A stretch of DNA of 64,000 nt from Longimicrobiales bacterium (GTDB taxonomy: Bacteria > Gemmatimonadota > Gemmatimonadetes > Longimicrobiales > Gaopeijiaceae), in assembly GCA_965249725.1 (NCBI GenBank), contig CBDFMQ010000002.1, positions 2,528,001 through 2,592,000 of the forward strand, in the 5' to 3' direction. The translations under genes and the position numbers were made by a program. Below, piece by piece: positions 41,566 through 51,427 of the stretch. The notes beneath the pieces were generated by a model. The model was given only the letters and a program-made list of their open reading frames with translations, had not been told where the DNA came from and did no database searches. Within the stretch, counting starts at the first letter, position 1. Each line of letters opens with the position of its first letter.

Positions 41566-44256
41566 TCACTCCGGCACCAGCCGCTTCAGCTCCTCGAAGA
41601 AATTGTTCACGAGGATGACGCTGGGCGGCGCGGGACCACCGTCGTCCACCTCGCTTCGCACGAACTCTGCAATCAGGAAACGCTGGTCGTCGGGCGCCAC
41701 GTCGTAGAACACACCCTCGAGGTTGGTTTCTACCCACCGGTCACCTTCCTCGAACAGCCGTATCGGACCTCCGGCCCCGAAATCCGTACCTGCACTCACT
41801 TCCACGGCCATCATCTCCTCGTCGGGACTCAGGAAGAAGATCTCGCGGCCGCTGTGGGCCCACTTGGGACCGCGACCGCCGTCGATCGAGACCTGCCAAC
41901 GGCCCGCACCGACGTCGGGGAAGGGCCGGACGTAGACCTCGTATCGACCGGTCTCGTCGGACGCATAGACGATCCAGCGGCCGTCGGGCGACACCGATGG
42001 GCTGATCTCCCTGAACTCGCCCGCGAAGAGTCGAGACGGCACACTGTCCGTTCCGGGGCGGAGGGCAAAGACATCACGCTCGGAGAGCGTGCGGGTCCCG
42101 GTCGACGTGCGCAAGAACAGCCACTCTCCGTCCGGGCTCCAGTCGATCGTAGCTAGATCCTGCTCCATATCCACGAGGAGCTCCGCCTCGCGCGTGCCAT
42201 CCGCCGGCTTGGACCACACGTCGTGGTTCCCTGATCTGTTCGAGAGGAAGGTGACGTCTCGCCCACCAGGTGCCCACACCGGCATCTTCTCCTCGGCATC
42301 CCCAAAGGTGAGGCGCGAGCGAGGTCCATCCGGGAGCCGCTTCACCCACATGTCGTATCCGGCGTCCGTGTACTCGCGGAGCGCGACCATCGAGCCGTCC
42401 GGTGAGATGCGCCACCCGTGGTTAAGGTCAAATCCGCTCCCGAACGTCCAATCCGGGTCGACCGGTGTAGCCTCCCCCGTCCGGGTCACCCAAAGCAACT
42501 GGAGTGGAACATTGGTGCCGGTGCTACCCGAGGCGAAGCTGCGGAAGAACTTCCCCTCATCCGATAAGGACCAGGCACCCACGTCGTCGACCACCGCGAT
42601 GGGGGTGCCGAGGACCTCCAAGTCGTCGGGATCGAACCGAACGGCCATCACCGTCCCGTCGGGCAGACCATAGACGAGGTGTCCGGAGGGCAGATACCTC
42701 GACCGGCTGGCCCCGAATGCGCCGCCCACCCCCTCGATGAGGGGGGTCATCGCACCGCTCTCCAGATCCAGCCCCGACAGATCATCCGGTTGCTGGCCTT
42801 CAACTCGGACGTGTACGAGGGCGGCGCGCCCGCCCGGGAGAATGTCGACCACCCTATGGCCGTTCTCCCCCTCCCCGACACGGGACAGCTGCTCGACCGC
42901 CCCACCCGTCGAAGGGATGCGGAACGCTCCCGAGTCCGTAGCCACATAGATGAAGCCGTCCGGCCCCCACTCGGGGTGGTCGCCTGCTATGAGCGTGCGA
43001 ACCGGCCCTCCAGCGAACGCGAGCACGTTGATATCGTCCCCGTCCTCAAACGCCAGCTCCAGCGCGTCGGGCGAGACGGCAGGACTGGACGCGCCTTCGG
43101 TCTCCCGAACCGGGGTGGCGCTCAGCTCGTCCCAGCGGCGCACCATCAGGTTCTGCCCCGTCTCGGTGTTGTGCCGATAGACCAGCATTGTCCCGTCGGG
43201 CGACAATTCGAACCCCGCCGATCCCGCGTAACCCGGCTCCTGCCCCTCGAGGAAAGGAACCGCGAACCGCTCGACCGGATGCGTGTGCTCGGGCCGGTTT
43301 CGAGCCTGGAAGGCCAAGCCACCGAACAGCACCGCCAGGCCAGAGGCCACCAAGGCGGCCGTGCGCCAAGGGCCGGCGCTGGCTGCGCCCACCCCCGCGG
43401 CAGCGTCCTCCCCGTGGCGGAAGGCCGGATCCGCGAGCGCCCTCGCCAACTCCTGCGCGCTCTTGAACCGGTCCGCCGGGAGCTTCTCGAGCGACTTGCG
43501 GATGGCGGCGTCCACGTTGGCCGGGACGGACGGGCGGGTGTCCCTGGCCGAGACCGGCACACCCTGGATGATCTTGCCGAGCACCGCCTGGGCCGTGCTC
43601 CCCATATAGGGCGGATCGCCGATCAGCAACTCGTAGAGCACGGCGCCCAACGCGTAGATGTCGGTGGCCGCACCGACCAACTGGTCGCCCGTGGCCTGCT
43701 CGGGGCTCATATAGAAGGGCGTGCCGACACTCAGGCCTGTCTCAGTCAGTCGCGCGCCGCCGGCGGACCCCACCGCGAGCGCGATCCCGAAGTCCCCCAC
43801 AACCGGTTCGCCCGCCTGCAGCATGATATTGCCGGGCTTGATGTCGCGGTGCACCACACTGTGCTGATGCGCATAGTCGAGCGCATTGGCGATCGCCACC
43901 GTCACCCGTACCGCTTCCTCGACCGGGAGTTGTTTCTCGCGATCGATCCATCCCTGAAGCGTCTCCCCCTCTACGTACGGCATCACGTAGAACAGGAAAC
44001 TGTCCGCCTCGCCCGAATCGAAGAGGGGCAGGATGTGCGGATGCTGCAGGTTGGCCGTCGTCTTGATCTCGGCCAGGAAGCGCTCGGCGCCCACGACGGC
44101 GGCCAGCTCGGGCTTCAGGACCTTGAGCGCGACCTTACGCTCATGGCGCAGATCGTCGGCAAGATAGACGGTGGCCATACCGCCTTCGCCGACCTCGCGT
44201 TCGATGACGTATCGGCCTTCGAGGGCCGCGTTCAGGCGGGTGACGGGATCAGACAT
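41566..44256 (-). CDS. Hanks-type Ser/Thr protein kinase with C-terminal TolB/PD40-like beta-propeller
   Basis: GEGGMATV, VALK, HRDIKPGN, DFG, GTPFYMSPEQ, a TM helix, SPDG repeats. Confidence 0.95.
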   Translation of the reverse strand: MSDPVTRLNAALEGRYVIEREVGEGGMATVYLADDLRHERKVALKVLKPELAAVVGAERFLAEIKTTANLQHPHILPLFDSGEADSFLFYVMPYVEGETLQGWIDREKQLPVEEAVRVTVAIANALDYAHQHSVVHRDIKPGNIMLQAGEPVVGDFGIALAVGSAGGARLTETGLSVGTPFYMSPEQATGDQLVGAATDIYALGAVLYELLIGDPPYMGSTAQAVLGKIIQGVPVSARDTRPSVPANVDAAIRKSLEKLPADRFKSAQELARALADPAFRHGEDAAAGVGAASAGPWRTAALVASGLAVLFGGLAFQARNRPEHTHPVERFAVPFLEGQEPGYAGSAGFELSPDGTMLVYRHNTETGQNLMVRRWDELSATPVRETEGASSPAVSPDALELAFEDGDDINVLAFAGGPVRTLIAGDHPEWGPDGFIYVATDSGAFRIPSTGGAVEQLSRVGEGENGHRVVDILPGGRAALVHVRVEGQQPDDLSGLDLESGAMTPLIEGVGGAFGASRSRYLPSGHLVYGLPDGTVMAVRFDPDDLEVLGTPIAVVDDVGAWSLSDEGKFFRSFASGSTGTNVPLQLLWVTRTGEATPVDPDWTFGSGFDLNHGWRISPDGSMVALREYTDAGYDMWVKRLPDGPRSRLTFGDAEEKMPVWAPGGRDVTFLSNRSGNHDVWSKPADGTREAELLVDMEQDLATIDWSPDGEWLFLRTSTGTRTLSERDVFALRPGTDSVPSRLFAGEFREISPSVSPDGRWIVYASDETGRYEVYVRPFPDVGAGRWQVSIDGGRGPKWAHSGREIFFLSPDEEMMAVEVSAGTDFGAGGPIRLFEEGDRWVETNLEGVFYDVAPDDQRFLIAEFVRSEVDDGGPAPPSVILVNNFFEELKRLVPE

Positions 44257-44404
44257 GGGCGCAAGATGCGGTTAGGGTGTGTTGCACCACAAGCGGGAGA
44301 GGGGCCTCGCCCCGCGGGGAGTCACGAACGATCTGTCACCGCCGGGTCGCATGCGGCCTACCCGCGCGACGACCCTCGGGCTGACGGCGCATCGCACATT
44401 CGGC

Positions 44405-45427
44405 CTACCGGAGCACCGACTTGGCCAGCATCCCGTGAACACCCTTGGTCCCGTCCACGACCTGGGTGACGCGCAGGTCGAGCGCGACCGAGCACAGCAC
44501 GTAGGCGTCCTCCGCATCCATGCCGCGCTCCCGCACCAGAAAGTCGATCATCTCCTGGGTCGCGATCCGCGCGGCCTCATCGAGGTCGGGATCGAGCCCC
44601 ATCGACATGTAGTGCGTGGGGGTCTCCGCGCGGGGCCACTGAAGGCTCCGGTCCCGGTGCAGGATGACCTGGACCGTGCCGCCCAGCGAGGTCTCGATGG
44701 CCGTCCCAGTCACTTCTCCGTCGCCCTGAGCGGCATGGCCATCACCAATCGACAGCAGCGCACCCGCCGTGTGGACCGGCAGGAACAGCGTAGTGCCGGC
44801 GATCAGATCCTTGTTGTCCAGATTGCCGGCATGCTCGCCGGGGGCGGTGCTCGAGATACGGCCCTGCTCTGGCGGGGGCGCCACCCCGATCGAGCCGAAG
44901 AACGGCCGCAGCGGGATGGTGGCGATTCTCCCCATACGCGCCACGCCCAGCTCCTCGTCGAGCTCGAAGAGCCTCAGCCCCACCCCGGAGAAGGCATCCG
45001 GCAGGGCTCCCCCGCCCTCGCGGTACTGCGAGACGCCGGACGGCATCAGCAGCTCCATCTCGAGGATCCGGACCTCCAGCACGTCACCCGCTTGGGCCCC
45101 CTCCACGTATATCGGTCCCGTCATCGGATGGGCTCCGGGGCCCCGGTCCGTCACGGTGTTCTCGACCTCGAGCATCGCGGCGCTGAAGTCGCTCTCGGGG
45201 GCGCCGGCATCGCGCATTCGTCCTAGGCCCCGAGCGACCAAGGACTCCACCCGGACCAGATCTCCGGAACGGATGGTCAGCACGGGCGTCAGGCTCGCGT
45301 CATAGTGCCCCCAATGCACGTTGGCGGGCGTGAGGGGCAGATCGTGGAGGGTGCCCGTCTGGGCTTGGAGCGCCGTCGGAAGCAGCGCCAGGAGCACGAA
45401 GAGCCAATTCGATGAGCACTCCATCAA
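44405..45427 (-). CDS. Acetamidase/formamidase family protein, secreted
   Basis: HPMTGPIYVEGA, AGNLDNK, GDGHAAQGDGEV. Confidence 0.9.
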   Translation of the reverse strand: MMECSSNWLFVLLALLPTALQAQTGTLHDLPLTPANVHWGHYDASLTPVLTIRSGDLVRVESLVARGLGRMRDAGAPESDFSAAMLEVENTVTDRGPGAHPMTGPIYVEGAQAGDVLEVRILEMELLMPSGVSQYREGGGALPDAFSGVGLRLFELDEELGVARMGRIATIPLRPFFGSIGVAPPPEQGRISSTAPGEHAGNLDNKDLIAGTTLFLPVHTAGALLSIGDGHAAQGDGEVTGTAIETSLGGTVQVILHRDRSLQWPRAETPTHYMSMGLDPDLDEAARIATQEMIDFLVRERGMDAEDAYVLCSVALDLRVTQVVDGTKGVHGMLAKSVLR

Positions 45428-46683
45428 TAGCCCCGATCGAGGTCGACTACGTTCAACATCCGTTCGCCAAGGACGTATCGGCGGAGATTCTCGCGATAGA
45501 GGAGGAACTGATTATCGCGATATCGGTTGGAGTAGTCCGAGACGTGTGGCGTCACGATCACGCGGGGCATATCCCACAGCTCGAAGTCGTTCTGAGGCAG
45601 ATCGTCCGTCCCGAAGCCCGCGATGCTCCCAGACCGGAGCGCATCTTTCAAGTCATCCCAGTTGATGACCGGAAGGCGTGCCAGGCTGACGAAGTACGCG
45701 GACTCCTTCATAGCGTCGAAGAACTCGGCGTCGAAGAACACCTGTGTGTCGGGCGTGTTGGGCACCGAGGCGAAGACCACGTCGGCCTCGGCAGCAAGGG
45801 TGTACATCTCATCCGAGAGGCCCACGTAGTCGACGAACGACGGACCCGACCGACTGGTGTTTCGAGTCGCGATCACGCGCATCCCCAGGGCGTGAGCGAG
45901 CCGACCCACCTCCGTACCGAGACTCCCGAGCCCCACCACCAGCAACGTCTGATCCTGGAACTCCCGATCGAGGTTCTTGTCCTTGACCACGTCCGTCTGG
46001 GTTCTCCCCCAGACATGATTCCCCTGTCTCTCGTCGTGGATGTCCATGCCGCCGATCAGGGATAGCATGAGCGTGAGAGAGTGCTGAGCTATCGCGCGTG
46101 CGGTCATGCCACGCAACGAGGTAGTCACGATCTCGCGTTCACGGAGAAGCCGGTTGGTCTCTCCGGGTGGCGTGCCCCCCAGGAAACACCCCTCGACTCC
46201 GACACTCCCCGACTGCACCCAGTGCACTTCCGGGCCGATCGCCGCGACCGTGCTCGCGCCACATCCGAGTCCAATGACCGCCTGCGCATCCTCCAACAAG
46301 CCTCGCTCAAGAGCGTCTCTTCGATGTCGGACCGGAATGAGTTCTACCCCCGGGGCGACCGGCTGTAGAAACGCGATCCGTTCCTCGTGCCGATCCCACT
46401 CCTCGGGGACCACGACCACGACCTTCTTCGGAGGAGTCCACCTCGGTAGGTCGCGCATGGCCACATCGCCTTCTCTGAGACTGAAGACCCGAACGAGCTC
46501 CTCCGGAGTGAAGTCCTCATAGGACCCTGTGGGGGGAGGAAACGGCTCGGGGAACGACGGCTCGGAAGCCGACTGTCCGGGAGACGACTCATCGCCTCCC
46601 GCACAAGCGAGTACCGGGGCGCAGACAACGACCATTAGGGGCCACGATGCGAGTCTCCTGACGGTCGAGAGCGTCGTCGACAT
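45424..46683 (-). CDS. D-2-hydroxyacid dehydrogenase-like protein with lipoprotein-like signal
   Basis: VVGLGSLG Rossmann motif, PNTPDT, SLAR, TPHVS. N-terminal VLAC. Confidence 0.8.
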   Translation of the reverse strand: MSTTLSTVRRLASWPLMVVVCAPVLACAGGDESSPGQSASEPSFPEPFPPPTGSYEDFTPEELVRVFSLREGDVAMRDLPRWTPPKKVVVVVPEEWDRHEERIAFLQPVAPGVELIPVRHRRDALERGLLEDAQAVIGLGCGASTVAAIGPEVHWVQSGSVGVEGCFLGGTPPGETNRLLREREIVTTSLRGMTARAIAQHSLTLMLSLIGGMDIHDERQGNHVWGRTQTDVVKDKNLDREFQDQTLLVVGLGSLGTEVGRLAHALGMRVIATRNTSRSGPSFVDYVGLSDEMYTLAAEADVVFASVPNTPDTQVFFDAEFFDAMKESAYFVSLARLPVINWDDLKDALRSGSIAGFGTDDLPQNDFELWDMPRVIVTPHVSDYSNRYRDNQFLLYRENLRRYVLGERMLNVVDLDRGY

Positions 46684-46700
46684 GGGGTTCCGTGCCTTTC

Positions 46701-48365
46701 CTAGAGAATTGGAGGCGCCACCCGGCGCATCGTCGCCTGCTCGAAAGCGTACGCCAGCTCGAGCAGCCGAGGCTCACTGCATGCCATACCCGTGAAGCTC
46801 ACGCCGAACGGACGGGGCTTCGCGTCGAATCCCTCAGGCATCGGCGGACCGCCATTGGCGAGGAAGCCGAACGGCACGATCACCGTCGGATACCCCGGCT
46901 TCGCCGCTATGCCGGCTCCGCCCGACCCGGGAAAGAGCAGCGCGTCGAGCTCGAGGGCGTTCATCACCTCGTCGATGCCATGCTCGGCGTTCAGATAAAG
47001 GTCACGCACGCGATCGGCCTCGTACTCGGCGCGATCCTCATCGAGATCGATGGCGTCGGACCGGTCGAGATTGGCCTGAGCGTACTTCATCGAACCGGCC
47101 CGTTCATGGGCCAGATTCCACTCACGAAGCTCGGTCAGCGTCTTGACCGGCGCCGACTCGCCGAGCGAGGCGAGCCACGTGTTGAAGTCCCGCTTCATTC
47201 CGTAGTGGAGGACACTGCTGCTGCCTGCCGTGAGCAGGTTGTTCTCGGGGTCCGGATCGATCACGCTCGGGATCTCGGCCGGATCGACGATGGTCGCTCC
47301 CTGCGCAGTGAGGACCTCGATCGCTTCGGCCATCAGTGCCCCACCCTCCTCCGAGAGGCGATCCCGGAACTGGTCGGTTCCGGGGATCTGCACCGAGTCG
47401 TAGTACGAGGCACGGGGGATGCCGATCCGAGCCCCCTGCAGCCCGTCGGTCCGGAGAAACGCCGTGTAGTCGCCGTTCGGTGGAGGCTCACAGATCTGGG
47501 TCGCCGGGTCGTTCGGATCGGGCTCCGACCCCTCGAGCGCCCCGAAAAAGATCGCGGCGTCGGTCACAGTCCGCGCCATAGGGCCCGCGATATCCTGATC
47601 GGCCGTGATGGGGATCACCCCGTAACGGCTCACACGCCCCACGGTGGGCTTGATCCCGGTCAGCATGTTCGCGTTCGAGGGCGACAAGATCGAACCGGAG
47701 GTCTCGGTGCCGACGTTGGCGGCCCAGAAGCTCATGGCCGTGCCGATGCCCGAGCTCGAGCCACCGACTCCCATGACGGGTCGTCCGTCGTTCCGACCCT
47801 CGCGGGGGTCGCGGCGCGGGTCGTACGGATTCAGACCGTAGCCGCCGACGGCGCTGTAGTTACCCGGCATACCGGAGGCCATGAAGTTGGCGAGCTCGGT
47901 CATGACCGTCTTGGCCAGGATGATGGCCCCGGCTTCGCGGAGGTTCGTGACGAGCGGGGCCTCGTAAGGGGGAACGAACCCCTCGAACGCCAACGCCCCC
48001 CCGGAGGTCGATATGTGGGTGGTGAGGACGTTGTCCTTTAGGGCCACCGGGATCCCGTGGAGCGGACCACGCACGCGACCCTCGGCGCGCTCCCGGTCGA
48101 GCTGGTCCGCCTCGGCCAGCGCGTTGGCATTGATGGAGATGACCGCGTTTACGCGCGACTCGTAGAGCGCGATGCGTATAAGGTGGGCCTCGATCAACGC
48201 GCGAGAGGTGGTCCGCCCCTCCTCCATCGCCTGCTGCATCTGGGGAATCGTCGCCTCGACGACATCGAAAGGCTCTCCGGCGTCGGGCGCCGCGCAGGAC
48301 GAGAGCGAGGCGCCCAGCAGAGTGACGACAAGCAGGACACCGGGACGATTCTCGAACGTGGTCAT
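46701..48365 (-). CDS. Amidase signature family lipoprotein
   Basis: GPLHGIPVALKD, GGSSSG, GTETSGSILSP. LSSC lipobox. Confidence 0.92.
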   Translation of the reverse strand: MTTFENRPGVLLVVTLLGASLSSCAAPDAGEPFDVVEATIPQMQQAMEEGRTTSRALIEAHLIRIALYESRVNAVISINANALAEADQLDRERAEGRVRGPLHGIPVALKDNVLTTHISTSGGALAFEGFVPPYEAPLVTNLREAGAIILAKTVMTELANFMASGMPGNYSAVGGYGLNPYDPRRDPREGRNDGRPVMGVGGSSSGIGTAMSFWAANVGTETSGSILSPSNANMLTGIKPTVGRVSRYGVIPITADQDIAGPMARTVTDAAIFFGALEGSEPDPNDPATQICEPPPNGDYTAFLRTDGLQGARIGIPRASYYDSVQIPGTDQFRDRLSEEGGALMAEAIEVLTAQGATIVDPAEIPSVIDPDPENNLLTAGSSSVLHYGMKRDFNTWLASLGESAPVKTLTELREWNLAHERAGSMKYAQANLDRSDAIDLDEDRAEYEADRVRDLYLNAEHGIDEVMNALELDALLFPGSGGAGIAAKPGYPTVIVPFGFLANGGPPMPEGFDAKPRPFGVSFTGMACSEPRLLELAYAFEQATMRRVAPPIL

Positions 48366-48464
48366 GGGCCAACTCCCTCAGAACCGGACATCGACCGGCC
48401 TCTTCTGGGCGGCCGGGCGTGGTCGAGCAACATGAGAGCGGAAGAGACGGGCCGCTAGGCGTAA

Positions 48465-48812
48465 CCAGCGCTCCGCTCAGCCGTAGCATCGGATCTGCCG
48501 ATCGCCACCCCTGCCCCGGTGCTCATGGAGCTGCTCGCCGGCTGCGGAACCGAACGGGCGGCAACGGACATTCAACAACTGCTCGCCCGATTCGAGATCC
48601 TCGAGGTGGAAGGCCTCGCCGACTTCGAGGACGCCGCGCTCATCCAGCGCACCTGTCGCCGGAAGGGCGAGACCGTGCGGTCGATGATGGACTGCCTGAT
48701 CGCAGCGATCACTCTGAGAGAGCAACGGCCGCTCCTGGCGGTGGATCGGGACTTCGAGGTGATCTCCAGGCACGTCGGCCTGGATCTGGTGGACGCTGCG
48801 TGCGAGGAGTGA
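48465..48812 (+). pseudogene. PIN-domain (VapC-like) gene remnant lacking its N-terminus
   Basis: VLMELLAG, RRKGETVRSMMDCLIAA, DRDFEVI. In-frame TAA at 48462 precedes it, and the usual first xxDTS strand is absent. Confidence 0.7.
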
Positions 48813-49343
48813 CTAGGGGCTAAGGCTCTCCGGCGGGGTCCCGTCCCCCTGGGGGCTCTCCAACAACCCGCGCTCCTCGTCGGAACGCCCCAACTGTCGC
48901 TCGGCCACGGCGAGCTCCAGCTCCGCCGCGAATTCAGATGCCGCCAACTGATCCGAGCGGCGAACGGCCAGCACCAACTGTGCGGGGTGCGCCAGCCGCA
49001 GGCCATCTTCACCCGCCACCGCCTCCAGGGCCTGGAGGTCCGAAGCCATCAACACGATTCGGGGGCCGCCCCAGAACTTCCACCACGGTCGCCGCACGAC
49101 CGCACCGGCCATTGCCGAGATCGGGATCGTCACCTCGCGCACCGCCTCGAACTCCTCGCTCGTGCTATGTGCCTCGCCTCCGAGGTCGAGCGTCTTGCGG
49201 GCCGTTCTCCATTGTACGGTCAGCTCGTCTTCTTCTAAACGCAGAAGACCGTGCACCGTCTCCTTGGTGGTCGTCATCGAGTCGGCTCCGTAGCTGTTCT
49301 TGGACCGACGGAGGATGAAGGGCACTGCGGCAAATCTAGACAT
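48813..49343 (-). CDS. Hypothetical protein
   Basis: 176-aa ORF filling the gap, with coding-like composition. Confidence 0.7.
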   Translation of the reverse strand: MSRFAAVPFILRRSKNSYGADSMTTTKETVHGLLRLEEDELTVQWRTARKTLDLGGEAHSTSEEFEAVREVTIPISAMAGAVVRRPWWKFWGGPRIVLMASDLQALEAVAGEDGLRLAHPAQLVLAVRRSDQLAASEFAAELELAVAERQLGRSDEERGLLESPQGDGTPPESLSP

Positions 49344-49366
49344 GTCTTCCGGCTCGAATATGCGAC

Positions 49367-51322
49367 CTAGTCAGCAACCAAACACTCACGCACGGTATGC
49401 TGCTGGGCAAGATCGGCATAGAACCGGTTCCATGGATGGCGGAACCCGTGTCCTTCGTTGGCCCCCTCCATGTAGGTGACGTCGAGGCCGTTACCCCGCA
49501 CCCGCTCGACGACCTGTCGTGACTCACCCACGGGAACGCGCGGATCGTTGGCTCCCTGCACGACCATGAGCGGAGACGTGATGCGCTCGGCGTTGTTGAG
49601 CGGTGAGATCGACTCGAGGAATTCCCTCATCTCGGGGATACGCTCATCGCCGTACTCCGCTCGCCTGAGGTCCCGGCGATAATCGGCGGTGTTCTCCAGG
49701 AAAGTCACGAAGTTGCTCACACCCACGATGTCGACTCCGCAACGGATCCGAGGGCTGAAATGCACGAGCGAGGCGAGCACCATGTAGCCTCCGTAGGAGC
49801 CGCCCATGACTGCGACCCGGTTCTCGTCGAGATCCGGCTGCTCCGCGATCCAGTCGAGGAGTGCCCCGATGTCCTTTACGGCGTCCTCCCTCAGGTACTG
49901 GTCATCGAGCGTCGTGTAGGTTCGGCCGTACCCGGTGGAGCCCCGCACGTTGGGGGCGATCGTCGTGATCCCGTACTTCTGCCAGGCTCCCTGGGCGGCC
50001 TTGAGTCGGGCTTGGCCCTCGGGTCCTCCATGGATCTCGATGAGGACCGGACGAGGGCCATCACCCACTCCGGGATACACGAAGGCAGGGATGAGCCGCG
50101 CCGCGCCGTCGACCGCATCGAAGGTCGGATAGCGGATGAGATATGCGTTCTGATCATCGACGTCGGGGGGCGCCGTGCCCGCCCATAGCGTAAGCTCCTC
50201 GGTTCGAAGGTCGTACGTGTAGCCCCGGCTCACCCCGAATCGGTCGGTGTGGTTCACGAGGAGAACCGGGTCGTCGTGGTGGAACCGGGTTGAGAACTGC
50301 CCCGACGAAAAGAGATCCAGCAACTGCATATCCGCACCCAGCGGATCCGTGGTGTAGTGCAGCGTCCTGCCATCCTCGTTGACTGTGATCAGCAGCAACT
50401 CCCCGTCACCCGACTGCTGAACCGACGACACGTCCCACGGAATCTCGTCGGAGAGTACGGCTTCCTTTCCGGTGCCGAGGTCGAGACGCCGAAGGTGCGA
50501 GAACTCAGTGTCTCGGTCGCTAGAGTAGTACAGCGCTGCTCCGTCTCGACTCCACAGGGGGGAGCCATGCTGCACCGCACCGTCCGAGTCTGATGTAATC
50601 CGTTCCATGGAGCCCGTGCCGATGTCGAGCACGTATAGCTCGTTCTCCACAGTGGACACGGCATGAAAGAGCAGCAATTCGTCGGCCATACGGGACCATC
50701 CAGCGACGCGCCACAACCCCTCCACCTCCAGGATCCTACGGGCCGACCCCGGATCAAGCGGGTCCATGACGTAAACGTCGAAGTCCCTACCGTTTCGTAG
50801 GGTGCTGACGTATGCGATCCTGGGGCCATCCGGTTCGAAGCCTCCGAACTGAGCCAGCTCCGACTCGGAGGTGAGGAGGACGGGATCGGCGTCCCCAAGA
50901 TCCCAGCGGTATAGCCGGGACTGCTCGTCTCCTCCGGTATCCCACGCGAGCACCATGTACCCGCGCCCGGGATCATCGTAGACGCCTGATACGTTGCGCG
51001 GAATCTGAGGGAGGAAGGCCGGCTCTTCACCGGCGCTCGCTTGAGTATGGAGCCGGGCATCGAGGATCATGCGACGACCCTGCACCAGCATGCCCGAGCC
51101 GTCCGGCATCCACGTGATGAGGCTCTTCGACTGCCGGGACCGCCAATGCTTGCCGGCATCGTCGAAGACCGGCTGCCACCCTACGCGTCCGACCCCCTCG
51201 GCCGAAATCGCAGGTGGTTTCGGCACACCGGTGAAGGCCAACACGACCACGACGTGAACGGGCAGCGTCATCACGAAGAGTGCGACCCACTTCAGGGGGC
51301 TCCACTTCAGAGTGCTACGCAT
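49367..51322 (-). CDS. S9 (prolyl oligopeptidase family) peptidase
   Basis: HGGPEGQ, NVRGSTGYG, GGSYGG, NDPRVP, EGHGF. N-terminal propeller. Confidence 0.92.
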   Translation of the reverse strand: MRSTLKWSPLKWVALFVMTLPVHVVVVLAFTGVPKPPAISAEGVGRVGWQPVFDDAGKHWRSRQSKSLITWMPDGSGMLVQGRRMILDARLHTQASAGEEPAFLPQIPRNVSGVYDDPGRGYMVLAWDTGGDEQSRLYRWDLGDADPVLLTSESELAQFGGFEPDGPRIAYVSTLRNGRDFDVYVMDPLDPGSARRILEVEGLWRVAGWSRMADELLLFHAVSTVENELYVLDIGTGSMERITSDSDGAVQHGSPLWSRDGAALYYSSDRDTEFSHLRRLDLGTGKEAVLSDEIPWDVSSVQQSGDGELLLITVNEDGRTLHYTTDPLGADMQLLDLFSSGQFSTRFHHDDPVLLVNHTDRFGVSRGYTYDLRTEELTLWAGTAPPDVDDQNAYLIRYPTFDAVDGAARLIPAFVYPGVGDGPRPVLIEIHGGPEGQARLKAAQGAWQKYGITTIAPNVRGSTGYGRTYTTLDDQYLREDAVKDIGALLDWIAEQPDLDENRVAVMGGSYGGYMVLASLVHFSPRIRCGVDIVGVSNFVTFLENTADYRRDLRRAEYGDERIPEMREFLESISPLNNAERITSPLMVVQGANDPRVPVGESRQVVERVRGNGLDVTYMEGANEGHGFRHPWNRFYADLAQQHTVRECLVAD

Positions 51323-51427
51323 CGATCCGCCTATCCGTCCAAGTCGACCCCTGGCCTCTCACCAGTCCCTGCGAGCCCTACGGGATCACATCCCGATCGT
51401 TTCAGAGATCCAGGCGGGGATTCACGC

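Noticed and set aside
42679..44469. Long antisense ORFs here and elsewhere (e.g. 46692-48041, 52885-54390, 56854-58185)
   Set aside because: Typical high-GC shadow frames opposite well-supported genes.
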